This document shows positions 46,676-61,600 of a stretch of 64,000 bases of DNA, one piece after another. This DNA comes from Bugula neritina (lineage: Eukaryota; Animalia; Bryozoa): contig OZ037767.1 of assembly GCA_964035545.1 (NCBI GenBank), positions 16,300,581 to 16,364,580 on the forward strand. Reading direction: 5' to 3'. Position 1 is the stretch's first letter. Each line of letters starts with the position of its first letter. The notes beneath the pieces are model-generated. The model had not been told where the DNA came from, did not search any database, and was given only the letters and a program-made list of their open reading frames with translations. The position numbers were made by a program, and so were the translations under genes.

Positions 46676-49600
46676 TTATTTCATGATAGAGTTTATTCGT
46701 TTATACTCCTTGTTATACTCTTTCATGTTAAACTCAGCCTCAAACTTTTCCCTCCATTCGCACACTGAAGGTATCTTGTCACATGACTCTATGTTTAGCA
46801 GCTCTGTAAACATCTCCGCCCATAATCTCGACTTGTATATTCTGGAGAGGAGAAAACTCCATATAATGATTACATTATTCTCACTACTCCAAATAGTATA
46901 ACAGCAATGTGAATACATGTAATGCAGCTCCTCACCATCAAACTTATTATTACAACATAAACTGCTGGTGAGACAATTCCTAATACCAGTGAGAAAACTG
47001 TTAACCTCTACAAGCCTACCTGTGCAAATTGAACTTGGCTGGTTGCCAAAGCTGGCCGTTGTAGGTGACAAGCATGTAGTTTTGGAAGAGTAGAGTGTAC
47101 ACCGTGCCCAGTATTCCAAACAGATCCGTCTGAAACATGCATGATACTGCTGTGAATACAGTGTCAGTAATACAGTAATACAAGCTGAGTAATACAGTAA
47201 TACTAGTTGAGTAATACAGTAATACTAGCTGAGTAATACAATAATACTAGCTGAGTAATACAGTAATACTAGCTGAGTAATACAGTAATACTAGTTGAGT
47301 AATACAGTAATACTAGCTGAGTAATACAATAATACTAGCTGAGTAATACAGTAATACTAGCTGAGTAATACAGTAATACTAGCTGAGTAATATAAGACAG
47401 TACCTGGTAGGTCCAGGGTCTCTGTGTCTTCATCTCGATGCACATGAACCCTTCGGTCTCGTTGTTAGCGGTGAAGGTCGTTCCTCGAGGAAACTTAGAC
47501 ATGTCAATACCTCTGCCAAAGTCTATCAGCTTTATGCTGGATGAGGAAAACGGCTTTTCGGGAAATACTTCGGGACTACACGGGGTAAAGTATACAGAGT
47601 AGAGTATACAGAGTAGAGTATACAGAGTATACAGAGTAGAGTATACAGAGTATACAGAGTATACAGAGTATACAGAGTATACAGAGTATACAGAGTATAC
47701 AGAGTATACAGAGTATACAGAGTATACAGAGTATACAGAGTATACAGAGTATACAGAGTATACAGAGTAGAGTATACAGAGTAGAGTATACAGAGTATAC
47801 AGAGTATACAGAGTATACAGAGTATACAGAGTATACAGAGTATACAGAGTAGAGTATACAGAGTAGAGTATACAGAGTATACAGAGTAGAGTATACAGAG
47901 TAGAGTATACAGAGTAGAGTGTAGAGTATACAGAGTATACAGAGTAGAGTATACAGAGTATACAGAGTAGAGTATACAGAGTATACAGAGTATACAGAGT
48001 ATACAGAGTATACAGAGTATACAGAGTAGACAGAGTATACAGAGTAGAGTATACAGAGTATACAGAGTAGAGTATACAGAGTATACAGAGTATACAGAGT
48101 ATACAGAGTATACAGAGTATACAGAGTATACAGAGTATACAGAGTAGACAGAGTATACAGAGTAGAGTATACAGAGTATAAAGACACTTACAACCCACAG
48201 AAGAGGATGTTGTCTGGCTTGATGTCTCCATGAATTATCTTACAGCGGTGCATGACCTCTACAGCATGCAGTAGCTCGATGGTGACGTACATGACTAACG
48301 ACTCCGGGATCTGTAAACAGCAGACGTAAACAAAGACTGAGCAGTGAGCAAAGTACAGTGCAACTCATAAACTGAACAGCCAATGAGAATACAGACACAC
48401 GCCAAACAGCCAATAAGAACGCAGCTTACTTTACAAGAGTTGGCCTTCATGCCGTTGACGAGGTTGAGAAGAGAGCCGAGGGGCACCAGTTCGTTGACCA
48501 TGAGGGATCCGTCGGAGAAGAAGACGGAGTGGGTGATGTCCATCAGTTTGCTGCCGATATCTCTCTCGATGTCTTCGTCCATGCAGGATACTCGCTGCCG
48601 CAACTCCTTGCAGATGTACAGTTCCCACGGGCAGCTCGGCTTCTGTGCCTTCACACACACATCGTCACTCTCGGAGAAAGCTGTAGAGTCGAGAGTGTTG
48701 CACATGGAGATTTTACCTGCGTAGAGAGACATACTCGTGTAATATAAACATATGCTAGTAATATAAACATATACTAGTAATATAAACATATGCTGGTAAT
48801 ATAAACATATACTAGTAATATAAACATATAGTAGTAATATAAACATATACTGGTAATATAAACATATGCTGGTAATATAAACATATACTTGTAATATAAA
48901 CATATGCTGGTAATATAAACATATACTAGTAATATAAACATATAGTAGTAATATAAACATATACTGGTAATATAAACATATACTTGTAATATAAACATAT
49001 ACTAGTAATATAAACATATACTAGTAATATAAACATATAGTAGTAATATAAACATACCCAAGCTGGTGGATCTGTCGGCAGAAGTTACGATAGCCTTGTA
49101 GGCAACGGCGAAACCCCCAACACCTACAAACATCGTGGCAAGTAAATATCATATCCTAGTCTAGTCATGTGTATCTTTAGTCTACCTGCACAGAGAGGGC
49201 ACCTGCACAGAGAGAGCACCTGCACAGAGAGCACCTGCACAGAGAGAGCACCTGCACAGAGAGCACCTGCACACAGAGAGAGCACCTGCACACAGAGAGC
49301 ACATGCACACACAGAGAGAGAACACCTGCACAGAGAGAGCACCTGCACAGAGAGCACCTGCACACAGAGAGAGCACCTGCACACAGAGAGAGCACCTGCA
49401 CACAGAGAGAGCACCTGCGCAGAGAGCACAGAGAGAGTACCTGCTGAAGAACTCACCCAGCTTAGACATCAGCTTTACTGTGAGATTTGACACAGTCACC
49501 TGACTGCCAACTTTCAACTTGGGCATTGAATCTTTCCTGACTTCTACATTCTCATATGACGTGATGTCAACCTATGATATATAGAGTATAGTATCATAGT

Positions 49601-52600
49601 ATTAGAATATATAGTATCATAGTATTAGAATATATAGTATCATAGTATTAGAATATATAGAGTATCATAGTATTAGAATATATAGTATCATAGTATTAGA
49701 GTATATAGTATCATAGTATTAGAGTATATAGTATCATAGTATTAGAGTATAGAGTATCATAGTATTAGAATATATAGTATCATAGTATTAGAATATATAG
49801 TATCATAGTATTAGAGTATATAGTATCATAGTATTAGAGTATATAGTATCATAGTATTAGAGTATATAGTATCATAGTATTAGAATATATAGTATCATAG
49901 TATTAGAGTATAGAGTATCATAGTATTAGAGTATAGAGTATCATAGTATTAGAATATATAGTATCATAGTATTAGAGTGTATAGTATCATAGTATTAGAG
50001 TATATAGTATCATAGTATTAGAATATATAGTTTCATAGTATTAGAATATATAGTATCATAGTATTAGAATATATAGTATCATAGTATTAGAATATAGAGT
50101 ATCATAGTATTAGAATATATAGTATCATAGTATTAGAATATATAGTATCATAGTATTAGAATATATAGTATCACAGTATTAGAATATATAGTATCATAGT
50201 ATTAGAATATATAGTATCATAGTATTAGAATATAGAGTATCATAGTATTAGAATATAGAGTATCATAGTATTAGAGTATATAGTATCATAGTATTAGAGT
50301 ATATAGTATCATAGTATTAGAATATATAGTATCATAGTATTAGAGTATAGAGTATCATAGTATTAGAATATAGAATATCATAGTATTAGAATATAGAGTA
50401 TCATAGTATTAGAGTATATAGTATCATAGTATTAGAATATATAGTATCATAGTACTAGAATATATAGTATCATAGTATTAGAATATATAGTATCATAGTA
50501 TTAGAGTATAGAGTATCATAGTATTATAATATATAGTATCATAGTATTAGAATATATAGTATCATAGTATTAGAGTATATAGTATCATAGTATTAGAGTA
50601 TATAGTATCATAGTATTAGAATATATAGAGTATCATAGTATTAGAATATATAGTATCATAGTATTAGAGTATATAGTATCATAGTATTAGAATATATAGT
50701 ATCATAGTATTAGAATATATAGTATCATAGTATTAGAGTATATAGTATCATAGTATTAGAGTATATAGTATCATAGTATTAGAGTATATAGTATCATAGT
50801 ATTAGAGTATATAGTATCATAGTATTAGAATATATAGTATCATAGTATTAGAGTATATAGTATCATAGTATTAGAATATATAGAGTATTATAGTATTAGA
50901 ATATATAGTATCATAGTATTAGAGTATATAGTATCATAGTATTAGAATATATAGTATCATAGTATTAGAGTATATAGTATCATAGTATTAGAATATATAG
51001 TATCATAGTATTAGAATATATAGAGTATCATAGTATTAGAATATATAGTATCATAGTATTAGAGTATATAGTATCATAGTATTAGAATATATAGTATCAT
51101 AGTATTAGAATATATAGTATCATAGTATTAGAGTATATAGTATCATAGTATTAGAATATATAGTATCATAGTATTAGAATATATAGAGTATCATAGTATT
51201 AGAATATATAGTATCATAGTATTAGAGTATATAGTATCATACTATTAGAATATATAGTATCACAGTATTAGAGTATATAGTATCATAGTATTAGAATATA
51301 GAGTATCATAGTATTAGAATATATAGTATCATAGTATTAGAATATATAGTATCATAGTATTAGAGTATATAGTATCATAGTATTAGAATATAGAGTATCA
51401 TAGTATTAGAATATATAGAGTATCATAGTATTAGAATATATAGTATCATAGTATTAGAATATATAGTATCATAGTATTAGAATATATAGTATCATAGTAT
51501 TAGAGTATATAGTATCATAGTATTAGAATATATAGTATCATAGTATTAGAATATATAGTATCATAGTATTAGAATATATAGTATCATAGTATTAGAGTAT
51601 ATAGTATCATAGTATTAGAATATATAGTATCATAGTATTAGAGTATATAGTATCATAGTATTAGAATATATAGTATCATAGTATTAGAATATATAGTATC
51701 ATAGTATTAGAATATATAGTATCATAGTATTAGAGTATATAGTATCATAGTATTAGAATATATAGTATCATAGTATTAGAGTATATAGTATCATAGTATT
51801 AGAATATATAGTATCATAGTATTAGAATATATAGTATCATAGTATTAGAGTATAGAGTATCATAGTATTATAATATATAGTATCATAGTATTAGAATATA
51901 TAGTATCATAGTATTAGAGTATATAGTATCATAGTATTAGAGTATATAGTATCATAGTATTAGAATATATAGAGTATCATAGTATTAGAATATATAGTAT
52001 CATAGTATTAGAGTATATAGTATCATAGTATTAGAGTATATAGTATCATAGTATTAGAATATATAGAGTATCATAGTATTAGAATATATAGTATCATAGT
52101 ATTAGAGTATATAGTATCATAGTATTAGAATATATAGTATCATAGTATTAGAATATATAGTATCATAGTATTAGAGTATATAGTATCATAGTATTAGAGT
52201 ATATAGTATCATAGTATTAGAGTATATAGTATCATAGTATTAGAGTATATAGTATCATAGTATTAGAATATATAGTATCATAGTATTAGAGTATATAGTA
52301 TCATAGTATTAGAATATATAGAGTATTATAGTATTAGAATATATAGTATCATAGTATTAGAGTATATAGTATCATAGTATTAGAATATATAGTATCATAG
52401 TATTAGAGTATATAGTATCATAGTATTAGAATATATAGTATCATAGTATTAGAATATATAGAGTATCATAGTATTAGAATATATAGTATCATAGTATTAG
52501 AGTATATAGTATCATAGTATTAGAATATATAGTATCATAGTATTAGAGTATATAGTATCATAGTATTAGAATATATAGTATCATAGTATTAGAATATATA

Positions 52601-55600
52601 GTATCATAGTATTAGAGTATATAGTATCATAGTATTAGAATATATAGTATCATAGTATTAGAATATATAGTATCATAGTATTAGAATATATAGTATCATA
52701 GTATTAGAGTATATAGTATCATAGTATTAGAATATAGAGTATCATAGTATTAGAATATATAGAGTATCATAGTATTAGAATATATAGTATCATAGTATTA
52801 GAATATATAGTATCATAGTATTAGAATATATAGTATCATAGTATTAGAGTATATAGTATCATAGTATTAGAATATATAGTATCATAGTATTAGAATATAT
52901 AGTATCATAGTATTAGAATATATAGTATCATAGTATTAGAGTATATAGTATCATAGTATTAGAATATATAGTATCATAGTATTAGAGTATATAGTATCAT
53001 AGTATTAGAATATATAGTATCATAGTATTAGAATATATAGTATCATAGTATTAGAATATATAGTATCATAGTATTAGAGTATATAGTATCATAGTATTAG
53101 AATATATAGTATCATAGTATTAGAGTATATAGTATCATAGTATTAGAATATATAGTATCATAGTATTAGAATATATAGTATCATAGTATTAGAGTATATA
53201 GTATCATAGTATTAGAATATATAGTATCATAGTATTAGAATATAGAGTATCATAGTATTAGAATATATAGTATCATAGTATTAGAGTATATAGTATCATA
53301 GTATTAGAATATATAGTATCATAGTATTAGAATATATAGTATCACAGTATTAGAGTATATAGTATCATAGTATTAGAATATAGAGTATCATAGTATTAGA
53401 ATATATAGTATCATAGTATTAGAATATATAGTATCATAGTATTAGAGTATATAGTATCATAGTATTAGAATATAGAGTATCATAGTATTAGAATATATAG
53501 AGTATCATAGTATTAGAATATATAGTATCATAGTATTAGAATATATAGTATCATAGTATTAGAATATATAGTATCATAGTATTAGAGTATATAGTATCAT
53601 AGTATTAGAATATATAGTATCATAGTATTAGAATATATAGTATCATAGTATTAGAATATATAGTATCATAGTATTAGAGTATATAGTATCATAGTATTAG
53701 AATATATAGTATCATAGTATTAGAGTATATAGTATCATAGTATTAGAATATATAGTATCATAGTATTAGAATATATAGTATCATAGTATTAGAATATATA
53801 GTATCATAGTATTAGAGTATATAGTATCATAGTATTAGAATATATAGTATCATAGTATTAGAGTATATAGTATCATAGTATTAGAATATATAGTATCATA
53901 GTATTAGAATATATAGTATCATAGTATTAGAGTATATAGTATCATAGTATTAGAATATATAGTATCATAGTATTAGAATATAGAGTATCATAGTATTAGA
54001 ATATATAGTATCATAGTATTAGAGTATAGAGTATCATAGTATTAGAATATATAGTATCATAGTATTAGAATATAGAGTATCATAGTATTAGAATATATAG
54101 TATCATAGTATTAGAATATATAGTATCATAGTATTAGAATATAGAGTATCATAGTATTAGAATATATAGTATCACAGTATTAGAGTATATAGTATCATAG
54201 TATTAGAATATATAGTATCATAGTATTAGAATATATAGTATCATAGTATTAGAGTATATAGTATCATAGTATTAGAATATATAGTATCATAGTATTAGAA
54301 TATAGAGTATCATAGTATTAGAATATATAGTATCATAGTATTAGAATATATAGTATCATAGTATTAGAATATATAGTATCATAGTATTAGAATATATAGT
54401 ATCATAGTATTAGAATATATAGTATCATAGTATTAGAGTATATAGTATCATAGTATTAGAATATAGAGTATCATAGTATTAGAATATATAGTATCACAGT
54501 ATTAGAGTATATAGTATCATAGTATTAGAATATATAGTATCATAGTATTAGAATATATAGTATCATAGTATTAGAGTATATAGTATCATAGTATTAGAAT
54601 ATATAGTATCATAGTATTAGAATATATAGTATCATAGTATTAGAGTATATAGTATCATAGTATTAGAATATATAGTATCATAGTATTAGAATATATAGTA
54701 TCATAGTATTAGAGTATATAGTATCATAGTATTAGAGTATATAGTATCATAGTATTAGAGTATATAGTATCATAGTATTAGAATATCCACTAGAGTTGCC
54801 CCACCTTTCTCAACACCTTGGCCTGAACACTCTCAGAGAAAGGGTTGCTGGGATCAATGAAGACAGTGGTGTTCAGCATAGCCTCGGTGAGCTCCGGGGG
54901 TTGATAGAACGTCGTATCCACCACTGGCGTCATTCTCTGTAACATCAGATCTGATTTCACCATGTCATCCGCTCCAGCCGCCATCTCCCCGCTCTCTTCT
55001 CTCACGATGTCTAAATCATAACACTCATCAGTTACTACAGCTCTCTATCAGGCAGCAAAGATATGTAAACCAACGCAATGAAAGTCAACTTCACCACTAA
55101 CCAGTAGGTATAAACTAGAAACTCACCCAAATGGTGTTCACCCTGTTCGTCGGCAGCACACACAGCTGCGGCAGCGACAGACGTCTGCTGCCCGTCAACA
55201 GATGTCAAGTGCTCAGTTGGCTGAGAATCACTGCACGTCCTCGTTCTCGTGAGATCAGAGAAAACTCGAGTATTCGCGGAGCTTGTGGCACTTTTACTGC
55301 TTCCTGTTGTGTTACGACTACTTCCTGTGAGACTACGAGTGCTGCCGGTGCCGTACGTCTCGTGACTATGTTCAGAGATGGCGCTGAGTAACAAAACAAG
55401 TATAGTAATAAGAATAGCACATAGTAGACTAAGAATAGCACATAGTAGACTAAGAATAGCACACAGTAGACTAAGAATAGCACATAGTAGACTAAGAATA
55501 GCACATAGTAGACTAAGAATAGCACACAGTAGACTAAGAATAGCACACAGTAGACTAAGAATAGCACATAGTAGACTAAGAATAGCACATAGTAGACTAA

Positions 55601-58600
55601 GAATAGCACACAGTAGACTAATAATAGTACACAGTACACTAAGAATAGCACACAGTAGACTAAGAATAGCACATAGTAGACTAAGAATAGCACATAGTAG
55701 ACTAAGAATAGCACACAGTAGACTAATAATAGTACACAGTACACTAAGAATAGCACACAGGAGACTAAGAATAGCACACAGTAGACTAAGAATAGCACAC
55801 AGTAGACTAAGAATAGCACACAGTAGACTAAGAATAGCACACAGTAGACTAAGAATAGCACATAGTAGACTAAGAATAGCACATAGTAGACTAAGAATAG
55901 CACACAGTAGACTAAGAATAGCACATAGTAGACTAAGAATAGCACACAGTAGACTAAGAATAGCACACAGTAGACTAAGAATAGCACATAGTAGACTAAG
56001 AATAGCACATAGTAGACTAAGAATAGCACACAGTAGACTAAGAATAGCACATAGTAGACTAAGAATAGCACATAGTAGACTAAGAATAGCACACAGTAGA
56101 CTAAGAATAGCACACAGTAGACTAAGAATAGCACATAGTAGACTAAGAATAGCACATAGTAGACTAAGAATAGCACACAGTAGACTAAGAATAGCACATA
56201 GTAGACTAAGAATAGCACGCAGTAGACTAAGAATAGCACACAGTAGACTAAGAATAGCACACAGTAGACTAAGAATAGCACACAGTAGACTAAGAATAGC
56301 ACACAGTAGACTAAGAATAGCACACAGTAGACTAAGAATAGCACACAGTAGACTAAGAATAGCACATAGTAAACTAAGAATAGCGCATAGTAGACTAAGA
56401 ATAGCACATAGTAGACTAAGAATAGCACACAGTAGACTAAGAATAGCACATAGTAGACTAAGAATAGTACACAGCAGACTAAGAATAGTATACAGTAGAC
56501 TAAGAATAGCACACAGTAGACTAAGAATAGCACACAGTAGACTAAGAATAGCACACAGTAGACGCTGACCTGAGATGCTGAGTCATGGCAAAGTCTACGG
56601 ATGGTCTGGCTGCCGAAATGAACTTAGGAGCAGCTGCCGTGTTCTTTATTGAGCTGACTCCAAATTCCGACAGCGGTGCGGCATCAGAGTTAAACGGAGT
56701 GGAGGCCAGCCGGGCTTGCTGGGAGAAGTTGAACTCTGTGTGACACTCGGTCACCTCCCTGCAAGGAATGGCAGAAGTGAGGAAAACAGCACGCTGTCGA
56801 CAGCACACACACACCAGCCTCCAGAAATCTGCTGCTTTGTGTTTTTTAATATGCAATACTGGGTGGCTTGAAGGAAAATATCATTGTCATATAGACTGGC
56901 TGAACGCCAAAAAAGGAGAACATTTAGAGAGAAAAAGAACATGCTTTATTTGGTGCTCAAAGCTACTAGCTTACTGCAACACTTCTCAGTAATCTCAATT
57001 AGTATATAACAAGCCAACTCACAAAAATTTACTTTAAAAAAAATTTTTTTTAGCTTATGCTTTTATAAAATAACTTGAATGTTCTAATTTAAGTGAAAAG
57101 CAGAGACGGCTGGATTAGCTTCAACTCTCTGTGCTAGTCAATGCAAGAGAGAACATGTTGTAGAGATAACATACTGTTGCAAAGTATCCGTGCTTTGTGG
57201 TGGGACTCTTGCAGGCAGATTCTCCTAAAACAGAAGGGAAATGAAGCTTTGGTTCTGTGGACTTATCTGTTGAGATGAATCATGACGAAACTCAATCCAA
57301 ACCTTGACTTACAATATAAACTGCATCAGCTTAACAAGCACATGCTTATATTATACTTCTACAGACTAACATTAATCCTATATGAAAAAGTGTCTCAGGA
57401 TAGCTGGCAGTGTCAAGTGTGACAGGTGTGTAAAGTGTAACAGGTGTCAAAAAGGTGACAAGGGTGGCAGGTGTGTCAAGTGTAACAGGTGTCTAAAGTG
57501 TGTCAAGTGTCTAGTGTGTCAATTGTTTCAAATGTGTTAAATGTGACGGGTATCTTCAGTATGGCAAGTGTGTCAAGTGTGGGGCAAGCGTGATAAGTGT
57601 GTAGAGTGTAACATGTGTGCCAAGTGTGGCAGGTGTGTCAGGGGTGGCAGGTGTGGCAGGGGTGTCAAGCACAGCATGTGGCATGTGAGTAAACTGTGTC
57701 AAATGCATCAGGTGTGGAAAGTGTGAAAAGTGTGGCAGGGGTGGCAGATGTGGCAGTGACGCAACAGCCTGTACCTTATCAGTGTAGACTGAGAACGCTG
57801 AATGTCGTCCAATGCTGACTTTTGGTGAATGCTGCTCGACATCAAGTGGCGTCTGCTGCCCGGAGGCTGCTTCTACCTGTTGACATCCATGTGAGGGAGA
57901 AACAAATCTCTCGAGAGGCGCAATACCCGTATTCGGCTCATCAGTATAAACTTTAAAGTTAGAAGGTTTGAGGGTCGAGCTAACAGGTTCTTGGTCATCA
58001 ACATAAACCTGGAAGTTTGATGGCTTTTGAATGGGAGCTGCAGGTTCTTGGAGTTCTTGGTCATCAACATAAACCTGGAAGTTTGATGGCTTTTGAATGG
58101 GAGCTGCAGGTTCTTGGAGTTTTTGGTCATCAACATAAACCTGGAAGTTTGATGGCTTTTGAATGGGAGCTGCAGGTTCTTGGAGTTCTTGGTCATCAAC
58201 ATAAACCTGGAAGTTTGATGACTTTGGAACGGCAGCAGCAGTTTGCTGCTCAACATCAGCCCTTGCCAAAGCAGATAACCTACAGAGAGTATAAAACAGC
58301 TGAGAGAAGGAGACGCAAAGCCTTCCGAGTTTAAACACAAAGTTCAGTCCATCAACTCCAGTATTTGAGAAGTAAGACAATGACACAGACTAGGTCTAAT
58401 GGGTCACACATTGCTAGTGTGTCACACACTACTAAGGTGTCACACATTACTAGAGTGTCACACGTTGCTAGGGTGTCACACATTGCTAGCATGTCACACA
58501 TTGCGGGGGTGTTACATCCCGTTAGCCTGTGTCTAATTCTCGGAAAGGACTCACCTAGTTGATGGTATTCTATCTATTCGAGAGCTCTGATTGGATGCAC

Positions 58601-61600
58601 TGAATGTTTGGTTGTACAAGTCGTTCATCAGCCTGTCACAGTCTTGAGTCATTCCAAAAGGTGACATCTACAGCACACAAAACACAAAAGTAAAATCTGC
58701 AGCAAACAAGGTGTCAGCATTGTCTCAGCTTTTTAGCAGCATCAACTAACTACAAACTCTTGTCCAACTTGAACATAGTGACAACCAAGCTCTGCACCAA
58801 TATGCGGGGGGGGGGCTGAGCAAGCTCACCTTGATGAAGGACTTTTTGGCACAAGATGTGTCTGGTGTGCGGTGTCTCTTTGAGCTCCTTACAGACGACA
58901 CAGACTTGGGATCAGGAGTCCTGCAACAGAAAACATGTGTGAAACCAGACGTGAGACTGTGAAGAGAGTAACTGAAGGTTGCTGACTAAACTTCCACGTA
59001 CTTGTCATTCATCTGCTGAGATTGTGCCTCCTTGTTAGAGCCAGAGCAAGAGAGCTTGGTCTCAGTGGTGGATCCAGAGAGCTCAGGGCCAGTGGTGGAT
59101 CCAGAGAACTTAGGACCAGTGGTGGATCCAGAGAGCTCAGGGCCAGTGGTGGATCCAGAGATCCTGTGGTCAGTGGTGGATCCAGAGATCCTGTGGTCAG
59201 TGGTGGATCCAGAGAGACTGTGGTCAGTGGTGGATCTAGATGGCTTATCACTATAGAGTGCTGCCTGAGCTTTGGTTTCTTCCAGAATTTGTTTCACCGT
59301 TTCAGATCTCAGTTCTGCCAACTCATCTCTAAAAGACTTCATACTACAAATAAAACATGTGACACAATTGGTACTCACAAACGGATAATACGGCACGATA
59401 TATTTACAGCAATTTATCACACTCGGCGCCTCGACTAGCTACAGTGCTATTGCGCCATAGGCCCTGTCATTTTGTTTATTTTTTCTCAATTAATTTTTTT
59501 CTCTAACTACGACAAAATAAAACAAACAAACAAACAAACAAACAAACACTGGCCCCACTTCCCTGCAATCATTAAATTAACCAGCACTTTGTAGAAGCCA
59601 AGAGTAAACAACTGCTAACTCGGATACAAAAATAATAATCAATCATCAACTAGTAAATGTGTCAGCTAGTAAATGTGTCAGCTAGTAAATGTGTCAGCCA
59701 GTAAATATGACAGCAAGTAAATGTGTCAGCCAGTAAATGTGTCAACTAGTACATGTGTCAGCTAGTAAATGTGTCAGCAAGTAAATGTGTCAGCTAGTAA
59801 ATGTGTCAACAAGTAAATGTGTCAGCTAGTAAATGTGTCAACTTGTAAACGTGTCAACTAGTAAATGAATCGGCTAAGTAACATCCCAATAACTTTGCTA
59901 TATAAAAAGGTAAGCAACACATCACTTGGAATTATTGATGAGCAAAACAGTTGATAGAGTCAACAGCATGATAACAATGAAATGGAGAAGCTAGACCCAA
60001 GTGGTGAAAGGAATGTGTGTTTTACAAGAAGCATTACTGCAACTGGATGTGCTCCTCTTAAATAATTTTATGATTGGACAGCCCAGGCCATCTAGAGGTC
60101 AAAGAGTAGCCTCAGCTCATAGTGTTCAGACTGTAAGCGGCACAACTCACTAAGTGTCCATCTCTGCACGGAGCTGTGAGCTGAGTTTCTCCTGCACCGA
60201 GGCCAGGTGCTGCACAGCCTCGTCAGCTAGCTGTTGTAAGTCAGCTATTTGCTGTTGTGTATGTTCGCTAACTGACTCTTTACATGACGCCACTTTATCG
60301 GCCATTTCTAAAGAGTAAGGAGAGAGAATCAACAAAACAAGAGTTTGTGCTTGGCTCTAACACCTGTTATATTATAGTATATGATGTTATATTATAGTAT
60401 ATGATGTTATATTATAGTATATGATGTTATATTATAGTATATGATGTTATATTATAGTATATGATGTTATATTATAGTATATGATGTTATATTATAGTAT
60501 ATGATGTTATATTATAGTATATGATGTTATATTATAGTATATGATGTTATATTATAGTATATGATGTTATATTATAGTATATGATGTTATATTATAGTAT
60601 ATGATGTTATATTATAGTATATGATGTTATATTATAGTATATGATGTTATATTATAGTATATGATGTTATATTATAGTATATGATGCTATAACTCTTTGT
60701 TTACAGAACCAAATATTAATTAGTGAATAAAAAAATTAAGTACTTATAAAAATTAGAACGAATTCGCAATTTACAAAAGTATTTTAAACAAATAAGAAAT
60801 GTACAGATTTGAGCATTATAGAGGTGTGTCCAGATTCAGTGGGAAGGGAGACACGGATCAGACGGAGATCCTGGTAAGAAGTGCAGACAACTCCGACGGC
60901 TAGAGTTTAGATGGAAACTATACCTTTCTGCTCTTTTAGCTTTTCCTGTTGTTTCTTCCACCGGATAGCGCGTAGTTCTTCAGGAGAGTATTCAGTCACC
61001 CCGGCATACACCTGAACAGGAAGTAGCAGATTACAGGAAGTGACACGCCACAGGAAGTAACATGTCACAGGAAGTGTCACGCCACAGGAAGTAACACCTA
61101 ACAGGAAGTAACACATCACAGGAAGTGGGGAACTCACCAGGTCCTTCCTGTACATGGGCAACTCTTGGATGATTTCACCTGGGTCGGTAGTCGTGATGAA
61201 CACCGTCTTCAGGACATTATCCGCCGTCTCCACAGGCTTATCTCTTTTTCTCACACTGTAAGGGGAAGACAACTACAGTCAGTAAACCTCTGCACAGGAG
61301 AGGCTATATATAAATGTACACACATAGCAGCAACACTTAACCATTCTGATGTGTCTTATAGGGGATTTCAACGCAAATGATTTCAAATCCAGCCAATCAA
61401 AATGAAATTATCTACTTTCATCTGGTTTTCTTCGGATAACAGGCAGCTGTGCCTGTTATGTAATCTTGTTGATTATTAATTTGTTAACTAGGTCACATAT
61501 TGGGCACCAGACAGTACTCTTACTATCACTGCGTTTCCATGACTGCGCAGAATGAATGCCCCGTAAGGATTATTTGTGGTTTGTGGTTTGCATTAACTTT

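Noticed and set aside
47335-49526. Low-complexity ORFs (LCI/YSV/TLY and CAGAL repeats)
   Set aside because: Intronic repeats read through into real BUB1 exons; the spliced model explains the coding parts.
49575-54786. Possible CRISPR-like or telomeric array
   Set aside because: Head-to-tail units without unique spacers, no cas genes, eukaryotic intron context, and not a telomere motif.
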